The notes under the pieces are model-generated. The model was not told where the DNA came from, ran no database searches, and saw only the letters and a list, made by a program, of their open reading frames with translations. The translations under genes and the position numbers were made by a program. From Amoebidium appalachense (Eukaryota > Protista > Ichthyosporea), in the NCBI GenBank assembly GCA_963693365.1, contig CAVNZM010000002.1, positions 13,735,615-13,799,614 of the forward strand: a stretch of 64,000 bases of DNA. The letters run 5' to 3'. Position 1 is the first letter of the stretch. Each line of letters starts with the position of its first letter. Positions 53,219 through 64,000 of this stretch are shown here, piece by piece.

Positions 53219-54256
53219 CTGCAGGAAACAGGTCACCACGGTCAGTGTTGCACAAATCAAAGAAGAGTGCAGTCGCTAAAGGCAGTCGGCTGCAACGAGG
53301 AAAAAAAAAAGACAAGAAAACAGGCAACAAAAAAAAAAAAAGAAAGTGAGGAAGAAGAGGGGAAAGGGAGAAAAGCGTGTTGGCACTCACCCATACAAAC
53401 ACACGAAAGTAGAGACACACCATGAACACTGACAAGACATACATTCATGTAAAGTTTGTTGCAGGCTAAAGCTACAATTCTCATGTGGAAAAGCAATTCC
53501 AAGCCTATAAACTTAAGTTCTTGCAACGGGTTCGTAGGAAACCTATCACCACTTGACGAGCCACGTCAGCAACAAGGGCGAGAACTTCTCTACTGATCAG
53601 AAGGCATGAAACTCTAAAAACATGAGCAAAAGGTTCAGACGCCAAAACCCCAAATTTCAGCAAGTAGCTGCGCTGACTCCCAACACATTCTATGGTGAGC
53701 CTTGCATGTGTGTAATCTATGGTTATACTCCCAGAACATTGAAATCCACACTTCAGCATTCCCACTTTTTCAGCATCGAAACCAGCAAAAGAAAGATCCC
53801 GTTGCAGGCACATGACTGCAAGTTATGGTGCAGATAGTAAAAGGCAAAACATTTAGACCTCCGAGATTGTTTCTGGTCGGGCAAAGTTTCTTTTATATGG
53901 TTGTGTGTTACTTACACCTAGTTAAACAAATACACCATGCACACAGTAATGAGTTTGCAGTCATCAACAGTGGTTGACAGAGAGAGGAGCTCATTAGTAT
54001 GATCGTGCACATGCCTTGAGCAGCATCGACATCAACACTAGTACAAGATATTCAACCGCCAACCGATCAGGCAAAAATACGCCCATGTCTATGTTGCAAT
54101 TGGCTAACCACCAAACATACACCTCTTACCACACCTCCATGGCAAGCAGTGCGTATATGAGATAAACCGATGTCAAATACCTCCCTCCCCCCACCTCCCC
54201 CCCCCCCCCCCACACAAAAACAAACAAACAAACAAACAAACAAACAAACAAACACA

Positions 54257-54287
<31 letters not shown>

Positions 54288-56551
54288 CAAGCACAAACAT
54301 ACACATACACACAGGCACAGGCACACGCACCCACACACAAGGGCCACACAACAACAACAACAATAAAGAAGAGGAAAAAAAGAGGGGGAAAAAACGAAAG
54401 AAACAAAAAGGAAAGGAAGCCGGGTTTTCTGTTCAGAAAAGACAACGAACTCCGCTGCACTACACAAGAATGTCCGGCAGTCCACACTTCTAAACAAGAA
54501 CTCAAATGTACCCAGGCAGGAACGAGGAACAAAAAGAGCAGTTCATGAACATAAAAAGAAGAACTAGAACGAGAAGCTTTTGAGTAGAGGGAAAAATAAC
54601 AGTTACGCCAAAGAAGGTATTCCTCCTCCCTTCCCCCTCTCCCCTACCCAAACAACACCATTTTCGTAACGTTAACAAAATGAAAAAGAGTAGTTTCGGT
54701 GGGATGTTTGTGAGCACCGTCAAGAATAACACACACCAAAAAAACCGACACGTCAAAGCAGAAAAGGTCACAAGTTTGGTAGTGATGCGCAGAGAGAGGG
54801 TAAAGAGTCCTGACACGCATATTAGTTCAGGTGTAGAGACAAATTACTAGATTTCAAGGAAAAGTGCTGTGCAAGGGATGTGATGTATATGAGAGCCAAG
54901 AAAGGGTGGAGAGAAGGGATGGGGGGAGGGGGGGGAAGGGGGGACTAAAAACCACCTGGCATGTTTCCTGGGTTTGCTGCCAAGCGGTCGGCGTGCCTTG
55001 CCGACATTCCCACCTGTTGCTACAGCCCCCGCAAGGGCACGTTTACGTTGTATCACGCAAAACACTGTGGATTCCAGTCATAAATTCGGTATTACGCAAT
55101 TGGGGAGCGTAAATATACGGAAGCTCCCAACCGCAAAATTGTTCCCACAGACCTTGTTGTGGGAGTTGCGCTCAGAAGTGTCTGGTAAGTGATGCTCAGC
55201 CTCTAAGCTCAAATGTAGACCTCGATCCAAAAAAAGAGGCGCCTAAATAGGAATGTTACAGTCACAACCAACGAACTGTCAGGCTTTACTCGCAGATTGT
55301 TTGCTTGTCTGTGCATTCCCTCCGTAGACTCAACGGGAAACCAGAAGGTGGTTCCAGGAAAGATCAACCATCCGTAAGAGCAAGAACCCTGTCATAAAAC
55401 CACAGAGGAATACCCGGTCAAAAGACTACGGGGCAATTCAACCACGTTAACCACGTTAACGCTCTATAATTGTTCCGATATATAAATTTACGCACAAGAT
55501 CGAACCCGTGCTAACAACATGGAACGTGCCTTTGTGCACACAAACTAAAGCTCTTATGTAGCGAGAGAAACTGGGAAAAAGTGACGACAAAGGCTCGGCG
55601 CCAGGGCGGCACAGCTGTGTGCGGAAAGTGCGCGAGCCATGGCCCGGAAGGGACCAAGCCGAAAAGCATATTCTGGACCCATTTTTGGAACGGTCCAGAA
55701 ACAAAATCCTTCAGGTTATCTCTACCTATCTTAATTCATGAATGAGAGATTGACAAGACGTTAGACAAATTAGGAGCTAATAAAAAACTGTAACTACAAG
55801 GGGATGGGGATGTTTCAAAAGAAATCAAAAATGGGTTTTCATGGTTTCATGGTTCTGAAGGGCTTTATAGGCAATACTTGGTAAGTTGGGAGACTTGCTC
55901 AATACAGTTACAGTACAGTAACAGTATGTACACAACATATGATGTCGACGTCGACGGATCAAAGCCCAGATTCGGAAAAAGTTATATCTCGCCTGATCAA
56001 CTCAGAAAACCTAATGATGACCTGAAGTTGGCTCACCAGTGTCAAAGGCAGGCTCTTCTAAGAGTCTCCCTAGAATATTGGACCCGTTTCTGGACTCCAG
56101 CAACCCGGTTTGTAAAGGTTTGCATAGGCTTTAGCAATGAATGATTTTTAGCCTCTGGATGGAAGTGTTAGCGGTGAGAGCACATTGTCACAACTCACAA
56201 CTTGCTCCAGTTCATCTACCCGTACCTTGTGAACTTCTCTAACCTATTCAAATAAAGATACCAGAGGTGCTACATGTACACTTTCAAGTTTTTATATATA
56301 TATTCAACTACTATTTTGTTATAAATCTACATAAATCACCATTTATTATCCATGGGCATTGTTTTGTTTTCCTATCCACATTTGTGGGCCAGACTATAGA
56401 TTTCGCAATCTGCCCATTGCGCACTAATCAGATTTAGGCAGCTGTGAGCCGCTTTGTACCGCTACCATTTGTTAGTTGACCCGGAATCAGTGATGTGGCC
56501 GGGTCGGGCTGCCCGAGCCTGTTTTTCGGGTCATCATGATGACATGGACAC

Positions 56552-56586
56552 GCTGATTGGTAGAAGAGCTATTTTTGGCGCGCGCC
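56552..56586. promoter_or_regulatory. CCAAT box plus E2F-like site
   Basis: CTGATTGG at 56553-56560 and TTTTGGCGCG at 56573-56582, in the interval between the divergent bZIP and prenyltransferase genes. Confidence 0.35.
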
Positions 56587-57526
56587 GGGGGCCGCAGCCA
56601 AGGAACAGTGAAGCCTTGTGCTCACTGAACACAGGCTGACGGGCACAAAGCAAGCGCCCGTGCGCCATCAGTATGATCATTTCCTTTAAGAAATATGCTC
56701 ATTTTTCTCTCTTGTACAACTGTTTAATAATCCTTTTGTGCTTGCGTCGTGGAATGAATCCAGCTGTACCCGAGGCCCTCACTTGTGGACTTTGTAACAA
56801 CAACCAATCATCTTTTCTACAAAATACCCCGATATAGCTAAGTGATGGCTTCAAGCACGGCCGTCTCGAAAATTCTATTTTTATTTTTCTATTTTTAGTA
56901 ACATCCTTACATTTTGGTAGTATCGATATCCCCTTCGCACGGCCTCAGCGCAGTGAATTAGTGTACGTCATCAAATCTAACTGGAAATGGTGCAGATCGA
57001 TAGAAACGGTAACAGTATACACCGTGTATGTACAGGGGTTTTTGTATGCAACCAGCGCCTTTCAAATTAGGTTACTTGGCTACAGCATGAGCGAAAGAAA
57101 AACACGAAGGGGTCAGAACGCATCATCGGAGAGTGCCGTGTTAGTGCCTTGCCATCATCCTCCCAGGCTTGTGGATGTTGTTGGGGTCTTACCACTATCG
57201 GCTGTTTTTCTCCTGCTCGTCCCCCCCCCCCCCCCCCCTCCCCTCCCTCCCCCCCCCCCCCCCCCCCCCCTCCCCCCCCTCTCCCCCCACCCACCACTCC
57301 CCCCTCCCTCCCTTGATACTACATACATCTTTTCTTTTTTGAGAACACTGCGAGGCCGCCGTGACCAACTCGCTCAGTACTTGTTTGCGTATGACTTGTA
57401 TGGGTGCTATAGGGCTTGCTTCTTGCCCCACCACCAACGGCATAGCCTGTGCCTAAAGTGGTTCTCTTTCCCTCACCTTCCTCCTTCTTCCTGTCTGTTA
57501 TGCCTCCCGGGTTGGCTCCCCCCCCC

Positions 57527-57557
<31 letters not shown>

Positions 57558-58479
57558 ACCCACACCTACACACACACACACCCTCATCCCCCCCCCCCCA
57601 CCTGTTTCGAAACCATCGTGCTACTTACTCGCCATGGTCATGGTGAACGGTTCAAAGGCGAAGCGCCTCCCGGCAGCTTACCTCTCCTTTCTCTTAGAGC
57701 TCTACCCTCCGTCCCCTTTCCTCTGTCTAGCCTCCGCCTAGGCCTCTCTCTCTCTCTCTCTCTGTTTGTCACCTTCTGTCTCCCCCCTATCACTGCTGTG
57801 GCCCTATAGAGTCTATCCTCTTCTATCGTCCAACTCGACTCCCCCCAGCTCCATCCAGGCCAGCACCTGTTGTTTTTGACCTTGACCACAGTGCCTTAGC
57901 CCCCCCTCCCCCCCTCTTCCCCCGGCCCCCGCCGGTGGGTACACACGATCTTAAGCTTGGTCCCGCCTTGACTTCAAGTCATCTGTCGTTCTTGAGTCTC
58001 TCTCCGGATGCCTGCTCGGGCCTTTGCCCCCCCCCCCCCCCCCCCCCCCCTTCACTCTGTGTATGTGAAGGAGCCTCCCCTTCTCCTTCTGCGAGGAGTC
58101 CAGTGCTCTCGCTCCAAGTTAGTTTGAAATACCTCCCACCCATTCTCTCTCTCCCTCCCTCCGTCTACCTTCCCTTGCTCTCCCCACCCTCTCTCTCTTC
58201 TCTCTCTCTCCCCCCCCCCCCTCCCCCCTCCCCCCCTCCCCCCCCTCCCCCCCCCCCCCCCCCCGGAGACCGGGCGCCGCCTCACTCTCTATCCCTACCC
58301 TCTCCCATCGACCCACTTTCTCCCTCCCGCCCCATTCTTTTTCACTTTCCTTCAGCTGGCAGCTGGGGTGTCCCTGGCGCTCTTTTTTTCTCTCTCAACT
58401 AGTTTCCCCGTCATTACCTTTTAGGTCAGAAAACCGCTTTTGAAAGGCTTCTACCAAGACTCCCCCCCCTCCCCCTCCC

Positions 58480-58510
<31 letters not shown>

Positions 58511-59970
58511 ACATACACACGACACCCCCCCCCCCGCCCCCATCCACCACCACCACAACCAGAGCCACCGTTCTTAAACCCCGGTGCTCTTTCTCAACAA
58601 GCAGTGGCGGGGAGATATCGGCTCGATCGGCACATTGGCCACCATAGTTAGACTAAAGCAGTGGTTGTAAGAGGAAAGCTCCCAGAGAAACAAAGGTGTT
58701 GGTTTTCAGTAGTAGCTTACATTAAAAGTATAAGCATACATTGATGGCCCGTCTACCAAAAGTGTACCTAGATAAGTGGTTTTTGGTGTGTTTTATGTTT
58801 TGTTACCATGTGAACGTTTGTGTTGGCACGGCTACTACCAAAAAAAAAAGCGCAAGGTATATACTGCTCCGGCCGCGTCTACTAATAAATGCAGTGAGGA
58901 CTCGTGATCGTGCACCATTTCCATATGCAGAGTGGCTCACGTGTGACGATCGGCACCAAGGCCGGGTGTTCCAGAGGGCCGTGCTTCAAGCCTTTGAGCC
59001 AACATTACTTACGCAAAAGATCTAACGAGGTGTGCACGGCGCCTCGTGCACACCGTGACTCAGCCGAGCCTCAGTCTTCAATGATTCACGCTTCTATGCC
59101 GTGTGCATTGTTCGATTGATGTGTGGACGTTTGAGTTCGAAGCTATAGTCTAGCTGTGTATCAACAATAGGCAAATAGGAGCTTAGATACTCTACTGAAG
59201 AACTTCGTGAGCAAGCTTTATCAGGATAGTCGACTTGACTCAACATTAAAGCCTCTAGTTGAACACTACTGGCAAAGCCTCTAGTTGAACACTGCCGGCT
59301 CATTCCCCCCCTCGGTCCCCCCTCCACCCCCTACATACAGGCAACAACACACACACACACACACAAACACACAGGCAGAGCCACACATGCATACGTGTTG
59401 AATAATCCAGGCAATATTTACTTTGTCATTCTCACACAACCGCTCACACACGTACACCAGGAAAGGCGCGCAGAGCCTCGTAGTTTCCTTAGTTGTCGGT
59501 TCTATACTTGTACCAACCAGTTCTTCTTTTATTCTTTTTGCCGAGGCAACAAGCAGGTTGGCATAGAACATAGTATTTTCCAGGCTGTTGTAAGGCGCAT
59601 TTAAACACAATCATACCGGGCTGATGCTCACAAGGAAAATGACAGTGGCATGATGAGCCTGCTGTGTCACCGTGCCTGGCGTGTTCCGTGACTGCCCAAC
59701 TCCACCCGCATCAACTTTTATGACGAAGCTACGTTGACATATTTCGGCATCGAAAACAAGTCAGCTTCCTATGTTTCTTTTTAACTTCTGGAAACCATCA
59801 TACCCTTGTGAAATCGTACATCGTAGAAGCGTTCAAGCCCAGTCCAGGGGCTTCCTTTGTCATTATAGCCTCCTGGAAAGCATTGTTCCCCTAAGTAATT
59901 GGATGTTTTTTCCAGAGGAGCTTTCAAGCACAGTTTATTTTTGGAACCAGAACTTACTGATTCGGTGAAG

Positions 59971-61032
59971 ATGCTGCGGCATAGCCTTCAAGCTCGTTTT
60001 GCAACCAAAGAACTCTGTTGCCATGTGCAACACAGAAGATTACTTTATGCCACGACAAAGGATTTTCTACAGAGAAAGATTGAGGTATGGCCTCTGTGAT
60101 TGCTGTGGATGTTGCTCTTCGGGTGGGCTGTGTGGATACTATGGATGTCTTCGTGTGTGTGTGTGTGTGCTATTATGTCTTCGTGTGCGTGATGTATGCG
60201 TATTTGTGGGTGTGTATGTATGTGTATTATATGCCTGTCTCCCTTCCTCTGTCGGTATGTGTGTGTGGGTGGCTGGGTGGGTGAGGGCCCTTTCATAACG
60301 GTGGAAGGGAGTGTTGCCTCACTTACTTCTCCCCCCCCTTCTCCCCCCCCTCCCCCCAGTCCTTAGTCCCTCCAGGGTGTGTTTATTGCAGAAAGGGGGG
60401 AGAGGTTGAGGGGAGGGAGAGACGGGGGGGGGGGGGGGAGGGGAGAGCTACTGTTTGGTTTGAATTAATGGTGATATTATTGACAGGATTTTTTCTTAGT
60501 TGTTAAGAACCCATATACTTCGGTTGTTTACATGCAGCATGGGGTTGTTGTATCTATTTTTAGGACACCATCTCCCTTCACCCTGTCGGTCTGTTCTTCG
60601 TACTCTTGCACGTTCTGTCTCCCCCCCCCCCCCCCCCCCCTTTCCCTTGGTCCGGTACTTCTCATGCCCATCTCTAAGCCCCCTGAGTTCCTATCTATAT
60701 TTTTCTTGCTTCTGCTTACTGCTGCAACTTTAACCCCCGGCCTTTCCCACTGCCCTTGCCTGCATAAGCAGCCCTGCTCGTCTCTGATCAAGACGGGTGA
60801 CCTACCCATGTTCAAGTGAAACAGTATCTGAGTTGGGTTTCGTTAACGAGGTGAATAGGTCGAAACTCGGGTACTGTGGATGACGTGGCCCCCCCTGAGG
60901 ATGGGCTCTGCTTATTATGCATACTCTTTATGTATGGCTTGCATTCTGCATCGTGTTATCCGTTTGTTCTTGTGTACTTCGTACTTTTTGACGCATTCAA
61001 ACCCCCCCCCCCCCCCCCCCCCTCCCCCCCCC

Positions 61033-61063
<31 letters not shown>

Positions 61064-62942
61064 ACCACCCTCCCTCCACCTCCCTCACTTTTCCAAACAC
61101 ATTTTCACACACCCACACATACACGTACACTTTTGACAGGTGTTCGCCGCTGTTCCCGCACACACACTGATTCAGGCACTTCCCAATTCCTCCCCCCTCC
61201 CCCCCTCCCACCAAACCCCCAACCCCCAACCCCCCCGCCCTCTTGTCGTACAGTTTTCACAACAAATATTTCGTAATCTGATGAACTAGCCCCCTCTTTC
61301 CGTCCCCGCCCTCCTTCCCCCCCCCTCTCTCCCCTTAACACCTCCCCCTCGCCCCTCCATCCCCCTCCACCCCCCTTTCCCTTTTCTTGTTGTGTTGGAG
61401 ATCACCTTTTCTGTGTTTACTGACTTTGCTGGTGCATCAGGAGAGCTACGATGTCGTCACAAATCTACAGGCAGCGTTCGGAAAACGGCACAAGGTTATG
61501 ACTTGGTCTGACGCTGTGGTGAATGCTAAAAAGGTGGGTGGGCTAAGGGGAGATGGTTTGTGTTTGTGTGTGTGTGTGCGTGTGTTGGAGGGGGGGGGGG
61601 ATGTGTGTGTGTGTGTGAGTGGGTAGTTGGGAGGGTGTGGGGGAGATGACCAGGGTGGAGGGGGGGGAGGGGGGCGCGCGGGGGGAGGGAGGGAGGTGGG
61701 TGCGGGGGGGGGGGGGGGGGGGGGGGCACTTTGTTGTTGGGCTGTGTGTGTGTGGGGGGGAGGGGGGGGGGAGGGGAGAGGGGAGGGGGAGGGGGAAGGG
61801 GGGGGGGAGGGGGGACCTTTATAGGTCGTGTCGTTGAGAGTGATGTGGGGACCGAGGAGTTTTTTTTTTTTTTTTTTTTTTTTTTCCCCACTGGGGGGGG
61901 GGGGGGGGGGGGAGGGGGGGGGGGGGGGACATTAATTAGGCTATAACGGTAGATGGGTGTGTGGGTGGATGGGTGCAGCATGTGTGTTACGAGGGAGGAG
62001 GCAGAGAGGAGAGGGGATGAGGGGGTGGTGTGTGTTTGTCATGTGTAAGGAATGGTGCTTTTTGCGGAGGGGGGAGGGGGGGGGGGGGGGGGGAGGGGGG
62101 CTAATATGACTGGATAGATGTGTGTTTGGGTTGGGGTAGGGGAAATGGTGTACGAAAGTGGTTGGTTTGTATGACGTGGAGGGGGGGGGAGGGGGAGGGG
62201 AGGGGGGTGAGTGTGAGGCCTTGTATGTGTGTGGGGGGGGGGGGGGAGGGGGTTGGATGGAGGCGGGTTGTGCGGAAGAAACCGGGTTTATGAAGTCGAA
62301 TTCCGACGTAGCTAACGGTACTTTGCTGCAGGTGGTGCATGCACCGAGCTCACTGCTCAACGTGAAGGCTATGCTTTCATGGCGCCTGTCCACGGCCACA
62401 TTAGCTTTTAAACACGTCAGACGATTGGTCAAGTCTGGCCACCCGCTGGTCAATACTATGAAGGATTGGTGAGTATGGCATTCGGGCCCTCCCTCTGGAC
62501 ATATACACAGGGGCAGGCGGGGGGTGCACACCGGCATGTGCACGGGCACACGTAGACAATGCACACACACACAACTTCTCACAGAAAAACACAGGTGCAT
62601 GCGCGTGTGTTGGGACGGGAGTAGATTTGGGGTATACTTGTTTTTCTCGAGAGAAGGACAAAACACAGGGTAACGTTGTTGTAGAGGCCAGAGCAAGGGA
62701 GAGCTGATGTGCGTCGGATACAAGGGGAGCATGGGTGGCAAGGAGGAGGAGGGAGAGGGGGGGGGGGGGAGGGGGGGGGGGGGGAAGAGTGAAGTGCAGA
62801 CCAGGAGGGCGATTCAGGGCCACGGGGATGGGGTGGGTTGGAGAGGGGGGAGGGGAAGGGTTCAGATGGGGACGACGGGCAAAGGAGGAAAACAATGGGT
62901 AACGGGCGTGGAGGGTATAAGGGGGGAAGGGTGTGTGTGTGT

Positions 62943-62978
<36 letters not shown>

Positions 62979-63134
62979 ATTGGGTTGGAGCGAATGGATG
63001 GTAGTTGGTGCTGACATGGTTTTGGTGTGGTTATATTTGCAGCCTTTTGGAGAAAAACGGACACAACATCCGGCCACTGATTGTGTTGCTAATGGCTAAG
63101 GCTGTGAGCGGCAATGTCCCACCAGGAAACTTTA
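59971..63134 (+). CDS. Mitochondrial polyprenyl-diphosphate synthase subunit (Coq1/PDSS2-like), 5' exons; gene continues past the window
   Basis: Exons 59971-60084 ([13 protein letters not shown]..., transit-peptide-like), 61441-61533, 62332-62468 and 63043-63134. [12 protein letters not shown]...[41 protein letters not shown] matches the Coq1/PDSS N-terminal pattern (KLIGSGHP.L...GK..RPLIVLL.SKA). Confidence 0.85.
60682..61001 (+). mobile_element. C-tract SINE-like element, subfamily B (~320 bp)
   Basis: Ends GACGCATTCAAA followed by a long C-run. It lies in intron 1 of the prenyltransferase gene. Confidence 0.85.
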
Positions 63135-63207
63135 GTGCGTGGATATTTGTCGCCTTCCCCCCCACCCCATCCCTTTCGTCCCCCCCCCCCCCCCCCCCCC
63201 CCCCTTC

Positions 63208-63273
<66 letters not shown>

Positions 63274-63659
63274 GTGCGTGCGTGTGCGTGTGTGTGTGTG
63301 TGTGGAGCATGTGGATATATGTTGTCTCCCCCCTCCCCCCCCCCCCCCCCCCCCCCCCTTCTCTTCGTTTGTGTGTGTGTGTGTGTGTTTGGGGGGGGTG
63401 GAAGGGGGAGGGTGGAGAGGTCGGGAGGAAACGGGAGGCGGGTGGTGTCCATGTTGATGCCTGCGTGTTACACGGACACCTAATTGAGGCGGTGAAGGGA
63501 AAGAGGAGGAGAAGGAGGCAGGGAGGGCCGAGGGGGGGGAAGGGATTTGGGTGTTTTTTTGCACTTGGGCTTTGCTGTTGAAGTGTGTGGTGCGAAAGTG
63601 TATGTCCAAAATGATGGACCATAAACACCGAGTGGGGGAAGTTTAGCGTCATGTGCGTG

Positions 63660-63676
63660 TGTACATGTGTGCGTTC

Positions 63677-63763
<87 letters not shown>

Positions 63764-63842
63764 TTCGCGTGTGTGCGTGCGTACGTGCGTGCGTGCGTGC
63801 GTGCGTGCGTTCGCGTGTGTGCGTGCGTGCGTGCGTGCGCAT
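63660..63842. repeat. (GCGT)n tetranucleotide microsatellite
   Basis: Read directly from the sequence. Confidence 0.95.
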
Positions 63843-64000
63843 GTACGTGCATGTGTGTACAGTACGTGTGTGCACACCGTAGGAATGGTGGAGTCTAAAT
63901 AGCCTCCATGGCCCGCCTTGTTTTCACCTTCATACAAAACTAGCGAAAGACACGGTATCCCGCAAAACAACAAATCGAAACATGTAGCTGCCAATAGTAT

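Noticed and set aside
60790-60880. Resemblance to 7SL RNA (GGTGACCT..., AGGTCGAAACTC..GTACTG)
   Set aside because: The matches are short, there is no helix-8 SRP54 motif or Alu domain, and they are weaker in subfamily A. An Rfam search would be needed to revisit this.
60828-60912. Hammerhead-like words CTGAGGA and GAAAC in the SINE domain
   Set aside because: Stems I-III cannot be built around them in any permutation in both subfamilies.
51119-61001. Inverted 320-bp copies as TIRs of a 10-kb DNA transposon
   Set aside because: They enclose host exons and promoters and belong to a dispersed, 5'-truncated family.

Overview
Intron-rich eukaryotic [11 protein letters not shown] kinase together with a fungal-type CYS-3/Zip1-like bZIP suggests a unicellular opisthokont or holozoan, but this is inference only. 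Introns are swollen with poly-C/G, (CA)n/(GT)n and (GGGT)n, so most ORF-track entries are microsatellite artefacts. Genes I reassembled by hand from phase-compatible exons: a secreted thioredoxin-fold protein (-, 3' end runs off the left edge of the window), an 11-exon PCTAIRE-type CDK (+), a 14-exon proteasome ATPase Rpt5/PSMC3 (-, one GC-AG intron), a small hypothetical gene (+), a Q/G/P-rich bZIP factor (-, two homopolymer frameshifts) and the 5' part of a mitochondrial Coq1/PDSS prenyltransferase (+). The most notable signal is an interspersed SINE-like family with seven clear copies and one decayed copy. Copies are 3'-coterminal, 5'-truncated and abut C-tracts. All are intronic and sense to their host gene, and the longer ones carry a folded RNA domain with compensatory changes and an apparent pseudoknot. 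Also present: a 2.6-kb (TG)n-flanked insertion with an antisense intronless ORF in CDK intron 7, two MITEs, and repeated tandem duplications ending at 3' splice sites.
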